A stretch of DNA of 64,000 nucleotides from Candidatus Shapirobacteria bacterium (GTDB lineage: Bacteria > Patescibacteriota > Microgenomatia > UBA12405), in contig JBAYIT010000002.1 in NCBI GenBank assembly GCA_041665485.1, positions 133,867-197,866 on the forward strand. Reading direction: 5' to 3'. A model generated the notes under the pieces. The model did no database searches, was not told the origin of the DNA, and saw nothing but the letters and a program-made list of their open reading frames with translations. Shown here piece after piece: positions 18,185-27,973 of this stretch (its first letter is position 1; each line of letters opens with the position of its first letter). The translations under genes were made by a program, and so were the position numbers.

Positions 18185-21100
18185 ATGCCTTTTACTCACC
18201 TCCATCTCCATACTGAATATTCTCTTCTTGATGGCTTAACCAAGATCAAAAAATTGGCCCAACTTCTCAAAGATACTGGTATGAATTCCTGCGCTATTAC
18301 CGACCATGGCAACATGTATGGCGCCATCGAGTTTTATAAAACCCTAACTAAGGCCGAAATTAAGCCAATCATTGGCTCAGAAATTTATGTCTGTCAGGGT
18401 AGTCGTTTTGAAAAAACCAGTCAAAACCGCAAAAACAATCATTTAATTCTTTTAGCCAAAAATCAAAACGGTTACAAAAATCTGATTAAAATAGTCTCCC
18501 TTGGTCACCTCGAAGGTTTTTACTATAAGCCGAGAATTGATTGGGAAATTTTAGAAAAATATCATCAAGATCTTATTTGTTTAAGCGGTTGCGCCGAAGG
18601 TGAAATCGCCCAACTTATCATCAACGACAAATATACCCAAGCCAAAGCCAAAGCCGAAAACTATCAACAACTTTTTGGGGAAGATTATTACCTAGAAATT
18701 CAGCGCCACCCAGGGCTTGATCAGCAGGAAACCGCCAACGCCGGTCTAATCAAAATCAGCCGTGAAATCGGCATTCCCCTGGTTGCTACCAACGACTCTC
18801 ATTACCTCAAACCTTCAGACGCCTTTGCTCAAGACGTTCTCATTATGATCAACACCCAAACCACTATCAACGACAAAAAAAGGCTTTCCATGGCTGACAT
18901 TCCTGATTTTTATGTCAAAAGTCCTGAAGAAATGATTTCCCAATTCGCCGATTTACCAGACGCCATCAACAACACCCAAAAAATTACCGATAAGTGCAAC
19001 CTAGAAATCGAAATTGGTAAGTGGTATTTCCCCAAGTTTAAACTCCCAGAGGGGGTTACTCCCGAAGATAAACTTAGAGAGATAACCTATCAAAAGGCTA
19101 AAGAACACTATGGTACGATCAGCTCCGAGGTTCAGGAACGCCTAGATTTTGAGTTAAGTATCATTTGTCCTAAAGGCTACGCCGGCTATTTTTTAATCAT
19201 GGTTGATTTTATCCAATGGTGTGAGGAAAACGACACTGCTACCAACACTAGAGGATCGGCTGGTGGCTCTCTTGTATCTTTTGTTTTGGGTATCGTTTCT
19301 GTCGACCCTTTAATTTACCAGCTCCCGTTCGAGCGGTTTCTTAACCAAGATCGCCCCACCCCTCCCGATATTGATCTTGATATTGCCGACGACAAACGCC
19401 AAGCCATGCTCTATCACATTATTGATCAGTACGGCAAAGATGCCATGGCCCAAATCTGTACTTTTGGAAGGATGATGGCCAGAGGCGCCGTCCGTGACAC
19501 CGCCCGCGCCCTAGGCTATGAATACGCCATTGGTGACAGAATTTCTAAGGCCATTCCCATGGGCAAGCAGGGTTTTCCCATGTCAATCGACAAGGCCCTC
19601 GAAATTACCCCCGACCTAAAACAACTTTACGACACCGACCCAGATGCCAAAAAAATTCTTGAGTCTGCCAAACAAATTGAAGGTTGCGCTCGCCATATTT
19701 CCGTTCACGCTTGCGCCATTGTCATCTCTCCAACAACTGTTAATGATTTCTCTCCCACCCAGATTGAAAGTGGTGGCGACAAAATCATTACCCAATACGA
19801 AATGCACGCTGCCGAAGACGTTGGTTTAATTAAGTACGATATTCTTGGTATTCGAAACCTATCGTTTTTAGGTCAGTCAATTATCAATGTTCGTAAAACT
19901 AAAAACATTGATATTAACTTACGCAAAATTCCTCTTGACGACAAAAAAACTTTCGACATGCTCTCAAGAGGCGACACTATGGGCGTTTTCCAGCTTGGCA
20001 GTGAAGGCATGACTAAATGGCTTAAAGAACTTAAACCCAATCGAGTCGAAGACTTAATGGTCATGGTTGCCCTCTATCGCCCTGGCCCCATGGACAATAT
20101 TTCTGCCTATATTGACTGTAAATTCGGCCGAAAAAAGCCGGAATATCTCCACCCAAATATGGAGAAATTCCTTGGTAAAACTTACGGAGTTTTAGTTTAT
20201 CAGGACGATATTCTCTTCACTGCCATTGAAATTGCCGGCTACAACTGGGTGACCGTCGACAAATTAAGAAAAGCTATTGGTAAAAAGATACCTGAAGAAA
20301 TGGCCCTACAGCATGAAATATTTGTCAATGGTTGTGTTGAACACTCTGGTATGACTAAAGATGGCTCCGAAAAAATATGGGAATTATTTGTTCCCTTCCA
20401 AGGATATGGTTTCAATAAAGCCCACGCTGCCTCCTATGGTATGTTGTCCTATCGAACCGGCTACATGAAGGCCAACTATCCCGTTGAATATATGTGCGCT
20501 TTATTAACCGCCGAATCCGGCGACACTGAAAAAATAACCGATGGTATTGAGGAATGCCGTCATCTTGGCATCGTTGTTTCTTCGCCAGACATCAACCTCT
20601 CACAGAAGGGTTTTGAAATGAAGGAAAATGATCAATCGCTTGACAAAATGGGTATCTGCATCGGCTTGTCAGCCATCAAAAATGTCGGTGATATCGCCAT
20701 CGACATTATTATTAAGGAACGGCAAGATAATGGACTATATAAAAGCTTTACTGATTTTTGTCTTCGTGTTGACGGCCAAAAAGTTAATCGAAAAGTTATT
20801 GAAAGTCTAATTCGAGTAGGTGCCTTTGATGCATTCGGCGAACGCAATGCTATGCTTGCTGGTCTCGATCAAATTAAAAACACTGTTGCCCGTATCAATG
20901 CCAAAAAGAGTACTGGCCAAAGTGGCCTTTTTGATGACCCAAGCCAACCCGCTATTACCCAGGCTCCAGCCGATGTTTTCCCCACTGTCTCTCCTATGCC
21001 CCAAAAAGAAAAATTGGCCTTGGAAAAACAACTCTTAGGTATTTATGTCACTGAAAATCCAATTGCCAAAATTCTGGAACCTTTTTCTACCTTATCTCTC

Positions 21101-21610
21101 ACTAAAATTTCTTCACTTCCTTCTTCTCCAGATGCCAATATCAAAATTTGTGGCATCATCACTAAAGCCAAAACAATCCTAACCAAAAAGAACAGTTCAA
21201 AAATGGCCTTTATTACTCTCGAAGACGAAACTGGCAAAATTGAAGTGGTCGTATTTCCCAAAATATACGAGACCTCAGTCAATAGCCTAATTGAACAAAA
21301 ACCGATTTATCTTGAAGGTAAAACCAATGTTCGCGATGGCAACCTATCAATTATTGCCGATTTTATCAGTGAAAATCCGCCCGACACCGCTCCCAAATAC
21401 GACTTTGTTATTAAAATCCCCAAAGGTACTAAGCAATCTCAGCTAATTTCCCTCAACAATCTCCTTAAAACCAACCCTAATGGCCACCGCGGTTTAATCA
21501 TCATGGAAACCGGCAAAAATCTACCTCTCCCTTACGGAGTTAAATATACCCCCGAACTTGAAAAAGAGATTGGAACGATCCTAGGAATCGTCCCAACTCA
21601 GAACGCCTAG
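18185..21610 (+). CDS. dnaE: DNA polymerase III alpha subunit
   Basis: 1141 aa. PHP domain FTHLHLHTEYSLLDG, the polymerase core and an OB fold. Confidence 0.95.
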   Translation: MPFTHLHLHTEYSLLDGLTKIKKLAQLLKDTGMNSCAITDHGNMYGAIEFYKTLTKAEIKPIIGSEIYVCQGSRFEKTSQNRKNNHLILLAKNQNGYKNLIKIVSLGHLEGFYYKPRIDWEILEKYHQDLICLSGCAEGEIAQLIINDKYTQAKAKAENYQQLFGEDYYLEIQRHPGLDQQETANAGLIKISREIGIPLVATNDSHYLKPSDAFAQDVLIMINTQTTINDKKRLSMADIPDFYVKSPEEMISQFADLPDAINNTQKITDKCNLEIEIGKWYFPKFKLPEGVTPEDKLREITYQKAKEHYGTISSEVQERLDFELSIICPKGYAGYFLIMVDFIQWCEENDTATNTRGSAGGSLVSFVLGIVSVDPLIYQLPFERFLNQDRPTPPDIDLDIADDKRQAMLYHIIDQYGKDAMAQICTFGRMMARGAVRDTARALGYEYAIGDRISKAIPMGKQGFPMSIDKALEITPDLKQLYDTDPDAKKILESAKQIEGCARHISVHACAIVISPTTVNDFSPTQIESGGDKIITQYEMHAAEDVGLIKYDILGIRNLSFLGQSIINVRKTKNIDINLRKIPLDDKKTFDMLSRGDTMGVFQLGSEGMTKWLKELKPNRVEDLMVMVALYRPGPMDNISAYIDCKFGRKKPEYLHPNMEKFLGKTYGVLVYQDDILFTAIEIAGYNWVTVDKLRKAIGKKIPEEMALQHEIFVNGCVEHSGMTKDGSEKIWELFVPFQGYGFNKAHAASYGMLSYRTGYMKANYPVEYMCALLTAESGDTEKITDGIEECRHLGIVVSSPDINLSQKGFEMKENDQSLDKMGICIGLSAIKNVGDIAIDIIIKERQDNGLYKSFTDFCLRVDGQKVNRKVIESLIRVGAFDAFGERNAMLAGLDQIKNTVARINAKKSTGQSGLFDDPSQPAITQAPADVFPTVSPMPQKEKLALEKQLLGIYVTENPIAKILEPFSTLSLTKISSLPSSPDANIKICGIITKAKTILTKKNSSKMAFITLEDETGKIEVVVFPKIYETSVNSLIEQKPIYLEGKTNVRDGNLSIIADFISENPPDTAPKYDFVIKIPKGTKQSQLISLNNLLKTNPNGHRGLIIMETGKNLPLPYGVKYTPELEKEIGTILGIVPTQNA

Positions 21611-21850
21611 AATTGAGTTCTACCAACAGGACTACTTTTCATATCCCTAGACACATTCGGCCCTTTACCGTCATTATTACTATCACCTGTGTTATTTTCT
21701 CTATTTCTCGGCGAAATTGGTTCAACAATCTCTCTAATTATTCCCAATGCTATTAGTTGAACCATCAGTCTCCAGTCTTCTGTATCTGTTTCTTGCATCC
21801 GTCCCAATTCTTCTCACCTCCTTATATAAATGCTTTCTAAATTTTTTGAC

Positions 21851-21890
21851 AAAAAAAATCCGCCAAAACGGCGGATGAATAAAAAAAAAG
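21851..21890. terminator. bidirectional intrinsic terminator
   Basis: aaaaaaaa-TCCGCC-aaaa-GGCGGA-tgaataaaaaaaaa is a GC hairpin flanked by A-runs on the plus strand and T-runs on the minus strand, downstream of dnaE. Confidence 0.5.
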
Positions 21891-22058
21891 CCACCTCCCG
21901 GCGACTTCTTACTAGGTAACTTCCAATGTTTGAACTTAATCATGATTGAGTTACCCCATATACTACTACCTCCCTCAGCCAAAATCAATACCCATAAGCC
22001 ATTGATTACTCATTCAACTTAATATAAAATACCCAAGAAGTTAAGTTAAACCAAAAAA

Positions 22059-22370
22059 ATGGCCATAAAATTCACCTTAGCCGAAACCGATTACTTTATC
22101 GGTGACACTATTCGGGTTAGCTACAAAATTAAAGAAAAGGACAAAGAAAGGCTTCAAGCTTTCGATGGAATAATTCTCGCCATAAAAGGCAGGGGAGAGA
22201 ATCAAACCTTTACTGTTCAGAAAAACGCCTCCGACAGTATCCGGGTTGAAAGGATTTTTCCAGTAAATTCTCCTTGGATTAGTTCACTTAAGAGAATCCG
22301 CCAACCAAAAATCAAAATTCGCCGAGCCAAACTCTACTACCTTCGCAATCCGAAAGTTAAAACGATATAA
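22059..22370 (+). CDS. rplS: 50S ribosomal protein L19
   Basis: RVERIFPVNSP...IRRAKLYYLR, the L19 signature. Confidence 0.85.
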   Translation: MAIKFTLAETDYFIGDTIRVSYKIKEKDKERLQAFDGIILAIKGRGENQTFTVQKNASDSIRVERIFPVNSPWISSLKRIRQPKIKIRRAKLYYLRNPKVKTI

Positions 22371-22391
22371 TTTTCACCAAAAGGTGGTTAA

Positions 22392-22464
22392 GAGCCCTTA
22401 GCTCAGTCGGTAGAGCAGTTGCCTTTTAAGCAATTGGTCGCGAGTTCAAGTCTCGCAGGGCTCA
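22392..22464 (+). tRNA. tRNA-Lys (anticodon TTT)
   Basis: Acceptor gagccct/agggctc. D-arm gctc-agtcggtaga-gagc. Anticodon loop ctTTTaa. T-arm gcgag-ttcaagt-ctcgc. Confidence 0.85.
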
Positions 22465-22468
22465 CATA

Positions 22469-23116
22469 ATGCACATCTATGGCCTGATTATCGGCATCTC
22501 TATAGCACTGGGTCTGTCCTACTTCCAAAAACACAACCACTTAATTCCCAAAAAATCCGAAAAATTTTTCATTATTGGCCTAATTATCACCAATATTCTC
22601 GGCGCCCGTATTTACCACGTTCTGGACCATTGGATCTTTTATTCTCAAAACATACTCGAAATTTTCCAAACCTGGCACGGCGGTCTCGGAATTTTTGGCG
22701 CCATTATCTTTGCTCTAATTTATATCTTTATCTTCTCCCGTTTAATTCATATCTCTTATCTACCAATTCTTAATTCCATAACACCCATACTCCCCCTCAC
22801 TCAAGCCATTGGTCGACTCGGTAATTGGGTCAACCAAGAAAATCCTTTCTGGTGGCAAGAATCACTTCTCGATCTCTTATTGTTTCTTATCATCCACCGT
22901 TTTCCCAAAAATCCCACCGCCAAGTATCTTTTTGGCTATGGTGCAATCCGCCTAGCCACTGATACCTTCCGTCAAGACATTTGGATCATCAACCAGTTCA
23001 AAATTAGTCAATTATTCGGTATTATATTTATACTCCTTGGCCTCTGTATCTATTTCTATGAAACCAGAATTCAAATCTCCAAAACAAATTTTTCAAAACG
23101 CTCTTTGGGCCCTTAA
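22469..23116 (+). CDS. lgt: prolipoprotein diacylglyceryl transferase
   Basis: GARIYHVL and GRLGNWVNQE, Lgt signature motifs, in a polytopic membrane protein. Confidence 0.75.
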   Translation: MHIYGLIIGISIALGLSYFQKHNHLIPKKSEKFFIIGLIITNILGARIYHVLDHWIFYSQNILEIFQTWHGGLGIFGAIIFALIYIFIFSRLIHISYLPILNSITPILPLTQAIGRLGNWVNQENPFWWQESLLDLLLFLIIHRFPKNPTAKYLFGYGAIRLATDTFRQDIWIINQFKISQLFGIIFILLGLCIYFYETRIQISKTNFSKRSLGP

Positions 23117-24848
23117 ACTAGCCTTTAATTGTAGTCCTGTCATTTTTCTTAGTATTTATCTCTTTCAAGTCCTCGCCTCCACTCTTCCTTTTGCCCGAAG
23201 TCGCTTTTTCTCACAACTTATCGATAGTGCTGTCTACCCATCAAGCCACCAATCGGCTCCCTGGGAAAAATCGTTTATTTTATTTTTGCTTGCAGTTACC
23301 ATCACTTCACTTTTCCTATTCCTTCAAAATCACCTCTCCCGAATCCAAGACACTAAATTCCAGGCGTTCTTAAGAACGATGTTTATTGGTAAGGTCTCGG
23401 GCTTAGATTACCAACATCTCGAGGGCAAAGACACTGGCAACCTCATTTCTAAAGTCGACGAAGAATTCGGCTGGCGCACCCGACGAACCATCGAAGATCT
23501 CAATGGCATTTTCGCCAACCTCATCAGCCTCACCACCGTCACCATCATTCTCCTTCCCAGATATCCTGTCATCTGGGTCGTCCTCTTTGTCAGCCAAATT
23601 CCCCAATATTTTATCCAAAGGTACTGGGTCCAAAAAGATTGGCAAATTCACGAAGAAAACAGCGAAAAAAATAAACAAATGTGGGACCTCAACTACAAAC
23701 TCCGTGAAAAAAATTACATCTCCGAACTCCGCATCAATAATGCCACCAGCTTCTTGTATCAAAAATTTTGCGATATTTTCGATTATTTTGTCAAAACAAG
23801 AACTGGCCTCCGCATCAGCCAAACCCCCTCCGAGGTCGCTCTAATTATCTTTTCTGCCCTCATCAATGGCTTCTGCCTTTTCACCCTCATCAAAGGTCTC
23901 GAGCTAAACCTCCTCACCATCGGCCTTTTCACTTTTTATTTTGAAACCATCCGCCAGACTGGTGATTTTTTCCGCGGCCTCGTCTTCAATTCCGTTAGTA
24001 TCACCGAAAACAGCTATCACATCGGCAATTTCCGCCAGGTCATCAATCTCAAAAACAAAATTATCAGCGGTCGTCAAAGAGTTACTGCCGTGAGTCCCGC
24101 CAAAATCGAATTTGTTGACGTCAGCTTTCATTACCCCAACTCCGCCCGCTACGTTTATCGCCATCTCAATCTCGTCATTAGTCCCGCCGAAGAAATCGCC
24201 ATCGTCGGTCCCAATGGCGCCGGCAAAAGCACCCTCATCAAACTTCTCTGTCGTTTTTACGATCCCACCGCCGGTGCCATTCTCATCAACGGCATCAACC
24301 TCAAAAACATCAACCTCGATTCCTGGTATCGCTCGCTCTCCTTTTTGCCCCAAGAATTCAATACTTATGGCGATCTAAGTCTCAAAGAAAATGTCACCAT
24401 CGCCCGCCCCAAGTCCGTCAACCACAACAATGTCATCAAAGCCCTCAATCTTGCCGATGCCCGATTTTACAAAAAATACCCCCAAGGCCTCGACACCAAA
24501 CTAAGTCAGCGCTACGGTGGCGAAGAGCCCTCTTGGGGCCAGTGGCAAAAAATTGCCATCGCCAGGGTCTTTTATCGCAACGCCCCCGTCATCATCCTTG
24601 ACGAGCCGACTGCCAGTATCGACGCCGTCTCCGAAGCCAAGATCTTCAATCGCCTCTATTCCAAAACCAAGGGCAAAACCCTCATTATCGTCTCCCACCG
24701 TTTCTCCACTGTTAGAAATGCCCAGCGTATCCTCGTTATCGACAAAGGCAAAATTGTCGAGCAGGGGAGTCACCAGGATTTATTAGCCCAAAAAGGGGTT
24801 TACGCCCACTCCTACCGCCTCCAAGCCAAAGGTTATCAAGAGGAATAA
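23037..24848 (+). CDS. ABC exporter, fused permease/ATP-binding protein
   Basis: Six-TM N-terminal domain. Walker A GPNGAGKST, Walker B ILDEPT, and an unusual extended signature LSQRYGGEEPSWGQWQK. Confidence 0.8.
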   Translation: MASVSISMKPEFKSPKQIFQNALWALKLAFNCSPVIFLSIYLFQVLASTLPFARSRFFSQLIDSAVYPSSHQSAPWEKSFILFLLAVTITSLFLFLQNHLSRIQDTKFQAFLRTMFIGKVSGLDYQHLEGKDTGNLISKVDEEFGWRTRRTIEDLNGIFANLISLTTVTIILLPRYPVIWVVLFVSQIPQYFIQRYWVQKDWQIHEENSEKNKQMWDLNYKLREKNYISELRINNATSFLYQKFCDIFDYFVKTRTGLRISQTPSEVALIIFSALINGFCLFTLIKGLELNLLTIGLFTFYFETIRQTGDFFRGLVFNSVSITENSYHIGNFRQVINLKNKIISGRQRVTAVSPAKIEFVDVSFHYPNSARYVYRHLNLVISPAEEIAIVGPNGAGKSTLIKLLCRFYDPTAGAILINGINLKNINLDSWYRSLSFLPQEFNTYGDLSLKENVTIARPKSVNHNNVIKALNLADARFYKKYPQGLDTKLSQRYGGEEPSWGQWQKIAIARVFYRNAPVIILDEPTASIDAVSEAKIFNRLYSKTKGKTLIIVSHRFSTVRNAQRILVIDKGKIVEQGSHQDLLAQKGVYAHSYRLQAKGYQEE

Positions 24849-24849
24849 A

Positions 24850-25533
24850 TTACCACTCCACCATCCCCTTATCATTCAAAATCAAATAAGCATTGGTTTG
24901 GGAAAATGGTTTTGAGCCAAAAAAGCCATTGTAAGCCGATAGGGGAGACGGGTGAGCCGACCGAATCACCAAGTGCTTCTTCTCGTCAATCAATTTATCC
25001 TGAGCTTGTCGAAGGACTTTCTTTTGGGCGTAATTGCCCCACAAAATAAACACCAAATTTTCTTTTTGCTGAGATAATACTCTCACCACCGCATCCGTAA
25101 ACTTCTCCCAGCCTTTATTTTGGTGCGACCCGGCCACCCCCGCCCGCACCGTCAGTGTGGCATTCAAAAGCAGCACCCCCTGTCTCGCCCAAGCCTCCAA
25201 ATCGCCATTTTTATTTTTTGTTGGTTCTCCCAAATCCGCTTTAATTTCTTTATTAATATTTATTAAAGATGGCGGTAGAGCCACCCCCTCCCGCACCGCA
25301 AAAGCCAATCCATTGGCCTGATTTGGCCCATGATACGGGTCTTGCCCCAAAATCACCACCTTCACTTTATCAAATGGTGTCAGTTCAAACGCCCGAAAAA
25401 TAAACCGAGCCAGTGGATACACCGTCGCCTGTTTGTACTCCGCCTTCACAAATTCCGCCAGTTTTTCAAAATACTCCTCATCAAATTCTTTTCCCAGCGC
25501 CTTCTTCCAACTCTCCTCAATTTTTACTTCCAT
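24850..25533 (-). CDS. ung: uracil-DNA glycosylase (family 1)
   Basis: GQDPYHGPNQANGLAFAV and HPSPLSA motifs. Confidence 0.85.
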   Translation of the reverse strand: MEVKIEESWKKALGKEFDEEYFEKLAEFVKAEYKQATVYPLARFIFRAFELTPFDKVKVVILGQDPYHGPNQANGLAFAVREGVALPPSLININKEIKADLGEPTKNKNGDLEAWARQGVLLLNATLTVRAGVAGSHQNKGWEKFTDAVVRVLSQQKENLVFILWGNYAQKKVLRQAQDKLIDEKKHLVIRSAHPSPLSAYNGFFGSKPFSQTNAYLILNDKGMVEW

Positions 25534-27373
25534 CCATGGCCTCCTTTTTTATTTCCACCATTTGGCAATTATTCAAACTTGACTCAAGTTCTTCAATATT
25601 TTCATGAGAAACAATCAACAACGCTACCGGCGATTTTCCCTCCTCAATTCGCTTCAAGGCCCTAAGTTGTAGTTCTCGATTTTTGCTATCCAAATGGGCC
25701 AATGGTTCATCCAAAATCACCGCTGTCCGCGGTCGGCTCAAAACTGCCACTTCGGCCACCGCCACCAACATCCTCCGTTTTTCTCCCGCCGAAAGTGTTG
25801 AAAATACTCGTTCCGGTTTTATACCTTCACTGGCAATATTTCCACCTTGTTTACTCAGGCAACCAGAAACCCATAGATTCCTCTGGTCGCGGATTTCTCT
25901 TAAAACACTCTCCATTGTTTTTGGAAAAACTCCCTTTTCCGATTTCTCCAATTTTTCTATTTCTTTTTCCAATAAATTATCAGCCATTTTCCATGCCAAT
26001 TCAGTCAATAGTGGATCGTTTTTTCGTCTATGCGCCTCATACATACCCTCGTTTGATTCAAGAAAATATTCTTTAAACAAATCAGCCACTCTATCATTTT
26101 CATTAACTCCCTCATCTGTCACCAAAAGAATTTCTTGAGCCACTTCTTCTGGGCCCTTCAAAGAATGAACATTTACTTTTTTCCCTTTCTTAATAATAAA
26201 TATCGACCCTGCATGTTCCAGTAAGTGCATTATCCCCATCAATGTCACTGATTTACCCGCCCCTGACTCTGCCCTAATAATTACTGCCGAATTTAAAGCC
26301 GCCTCAACTGATATTGGCGCCAACCCCGTTTTTTCTCCGGTTGGCAGTTGGGCAGTAAAGTTTCTTATCACCAAACCATTTCTCAAACCAACACCTGGCA
26401 AATCATTATCTCGGGCTTCTTTTACATGCTCCCGCCAACGTTGTGGAGTGGCAATAAACGGCCGGTTACTTATCGCCTCCACTAAATGCATTGCTATTTC
26501 CGTCGTTCTTTTGGTCGACTCACGTATTCTTTGAGAGTTCAAAACCCCCGTCAAACCTTGCAATCCTTGCTGAAAGCCATATAAAGCCGGCAGGGCATTT
26601 CCGCTTTTTGTTAGATATTTCAAAGCAAAAAGCAACTCCGGGGTATAAGATAAAAAATTTACTTTGTCCGTCATGGCAATATGTTCCCGTTGGACTTTTT
26701 TAATATACTCCCCGATTTTTGCCGATCTTCCCGCTCTCGATTCTGCCGCCCGAACAACATTCGATTCCCGATAAAATTTTTCCCCCAACGGAAAAGAAGA
26801 CAATCCAAGAATTGTCACCACCAAAGCCGATAGATAATCTCCATACATGCTCATCGCCACCCCGCTACTTACTGGAATTAAAGAATCACGCCACTTTTGC
26901 AGATTAACTCCTGCCAATTCGGCGTTATACACATTATTTGATAAATTAAAAAGCCCTTCAACCTCTTCCGTCGCAATCCCGGCATTTATCAAAGTCGCTT
27001 CAACTGCCCTTCTATGTGGCCCAAGTCCGGAAACCTTATTCAACAACAACAAACTCCAGCGCGATCCGCTGTTGTTTTTTTCATGAATTCGATACATCCC
27101 ACTGGCAACAATTAAACCAGCGCTCAATCCAAATATTGCTGGTGGCGCCTTTGAAGAAAGGCCAAAAGTTGCCAAACCACGTCCAAAAATTTCTATTCCG
27201 GTCGCTATTGCTAATTTTATTCTATCCCAAGCTAAAACCACCGCCTCTTCCTTGTCGCCACCTAATTTCTCAAAAGACAAAGCTGGGATTTGGTTTTCTC
27301 CACAAATCCTTCGATCCAAGCCAAAGATAGTTGATTTCCAAAGATTGTCTATATGATCGAAATTATATACCAA
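25517..27373 (-). CDS. ABC-type fused membrane/ATPase protein (divergent)
   Basis: C-terminal Walker A ESGAGKS, signature LSAGEKRR, Walker B VILDEP. A hydrophobic N-terminal half. Confidence 0.5.
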   Translation of the reverse strand: MVYNFDHIDNLWKSTIFGLDRRICGENQIPALSFEKLGGDKEEAVVLAWDRIKLAIATGIEIFGRGLATFGLSSKAPPAIFGLSAGLIVASGMYRIHEKNNSGSRWSLLLLNKVSGLGPHRRAVEATLINAGIATEEVEGLFNLSNNVYNAELAGVNLQKWRDSLIPVSSGVAMSMYGDYLSALVVTILGLSSFPLGEKFYRESNVVRAAESRAGRSAKIGEYIKKVQREHIAMTDKVNFLSYTPELLFALKYLTKSGNALPALYGFQQGLQGLTGVLNSQRIRESTKRTTEIAMHLVEAISNRPFIATPQRWREHVKEARDNDLPGVGLRNGLVIRNFTAQLPTGEKTGLAPISVEAALNSAVIIRAESGAGKSVTLMGIMHLLEHAGSIFIIKKGKKVNVHSLKGPEEVAQEILLVTDEGVNENDRVADLFKEYFLESNEGMYEAHRRKNDPLLTELAWKMADNLLEKEIEKLEKSEKGVFPKTMESVLREIRDQRNLWVSGCLSKQGGNIASEGIKPERVFSTLSAGEKRRMLVAVAEVAVLSRPRTAVILDEPLAHLDSKNRELQLRALKRIEEGKSPVALLIVSHENIEELESSLNNCQMVEIKKEAMDGSKN

Positions 27374-27415
27374 AACTCACTATTTTAATCAAAATCCATC
27401 TATAATTCTCTCCAT

Positions 27416-27877
27416 ATGGAAAATCACCAAATCAATGTTCGTTTAAGAATGGTTATTATCAAAAATGGTAAATTATTGACGCAATACACCGAAAAACACG
27501 ATTATTATTTCTATATCGGTGGTCACTTGGAATATGGCGAAACCGTCCTAGACGGCTGTCAGCGAGAAATAATTGAAGAATGTGGCGACGGCACTAAATT
27601 TACTTTCCAAAAAATACTCTACATCCGCGACTTTATAATGCCCGAAGACAACGAGCATAGTGTCGAGCTTTTTATCCTCGGTGATATCAACAAATTTGAA
27701 GAACTCGAACACCAATTAGACCCCCAACATCCCGACGGTTCTGTCTGGAGCACCTGGCTCAACATCAATAATCTTCCCGCCAATTTATTGCCAAAACTTT
27801 TAACCCCCAAGCTCATCACCGATTATAAAAATAATTTCCCCACCACCGGCGAATACGTCGGCAGAATGAATAAGTAA
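27416..27877 (+). CDS. NUDIX hydrolase
   Basis: Nudix box GGHLEYGETVLDGCQREIIEECG. Confidence 0.7.
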   Translation: MENHQINVRLRMVIIKNGKLLTQYTEKHDYYFYIGGHLEYGETVLDGCQREIIEECGDGTKFTFQKILYIRDFIMPEDNEHSVELFILGDINKFEELEHQLDPQHPDGSVWSTWLNINNLPANLLPKLLTPKLITDYKNNFPTTGEYVGRMNK

Positions 27878-27973
27878 TCACCACTCTGTCCTCTCTGGCC
27901 TCCTTTATCCCATCTCATATAATTTCTCTCCAATTTTACCCCTTTTTGAGCTGAAGTGAGGTAGAATATAGCT

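Noticed and set aside
19616-21282. Multiple 60-80 aa ORFs inside dnaE on both strands
   Set aside because: They are embedded in a 1141-aa gene with unambiguous Pol III alpha motifs, so they are shadow ORFs.
21607-21988. Two small minus-strand ORFs (66 and 84 aa) downstream of dnaE
   Set aside because: They have no motifs, overlap a bidirectional terminator hairpin, and are basic and low-complexity. The region is more likely a noncoding spacer between dnaE and rplS.
23057-23075. ttcaaatct T-loop-like motif considered as a tRNA
   Set aside because: It lies within the lgt/ABC coding overlap and no cloverleaf could be folded around it.
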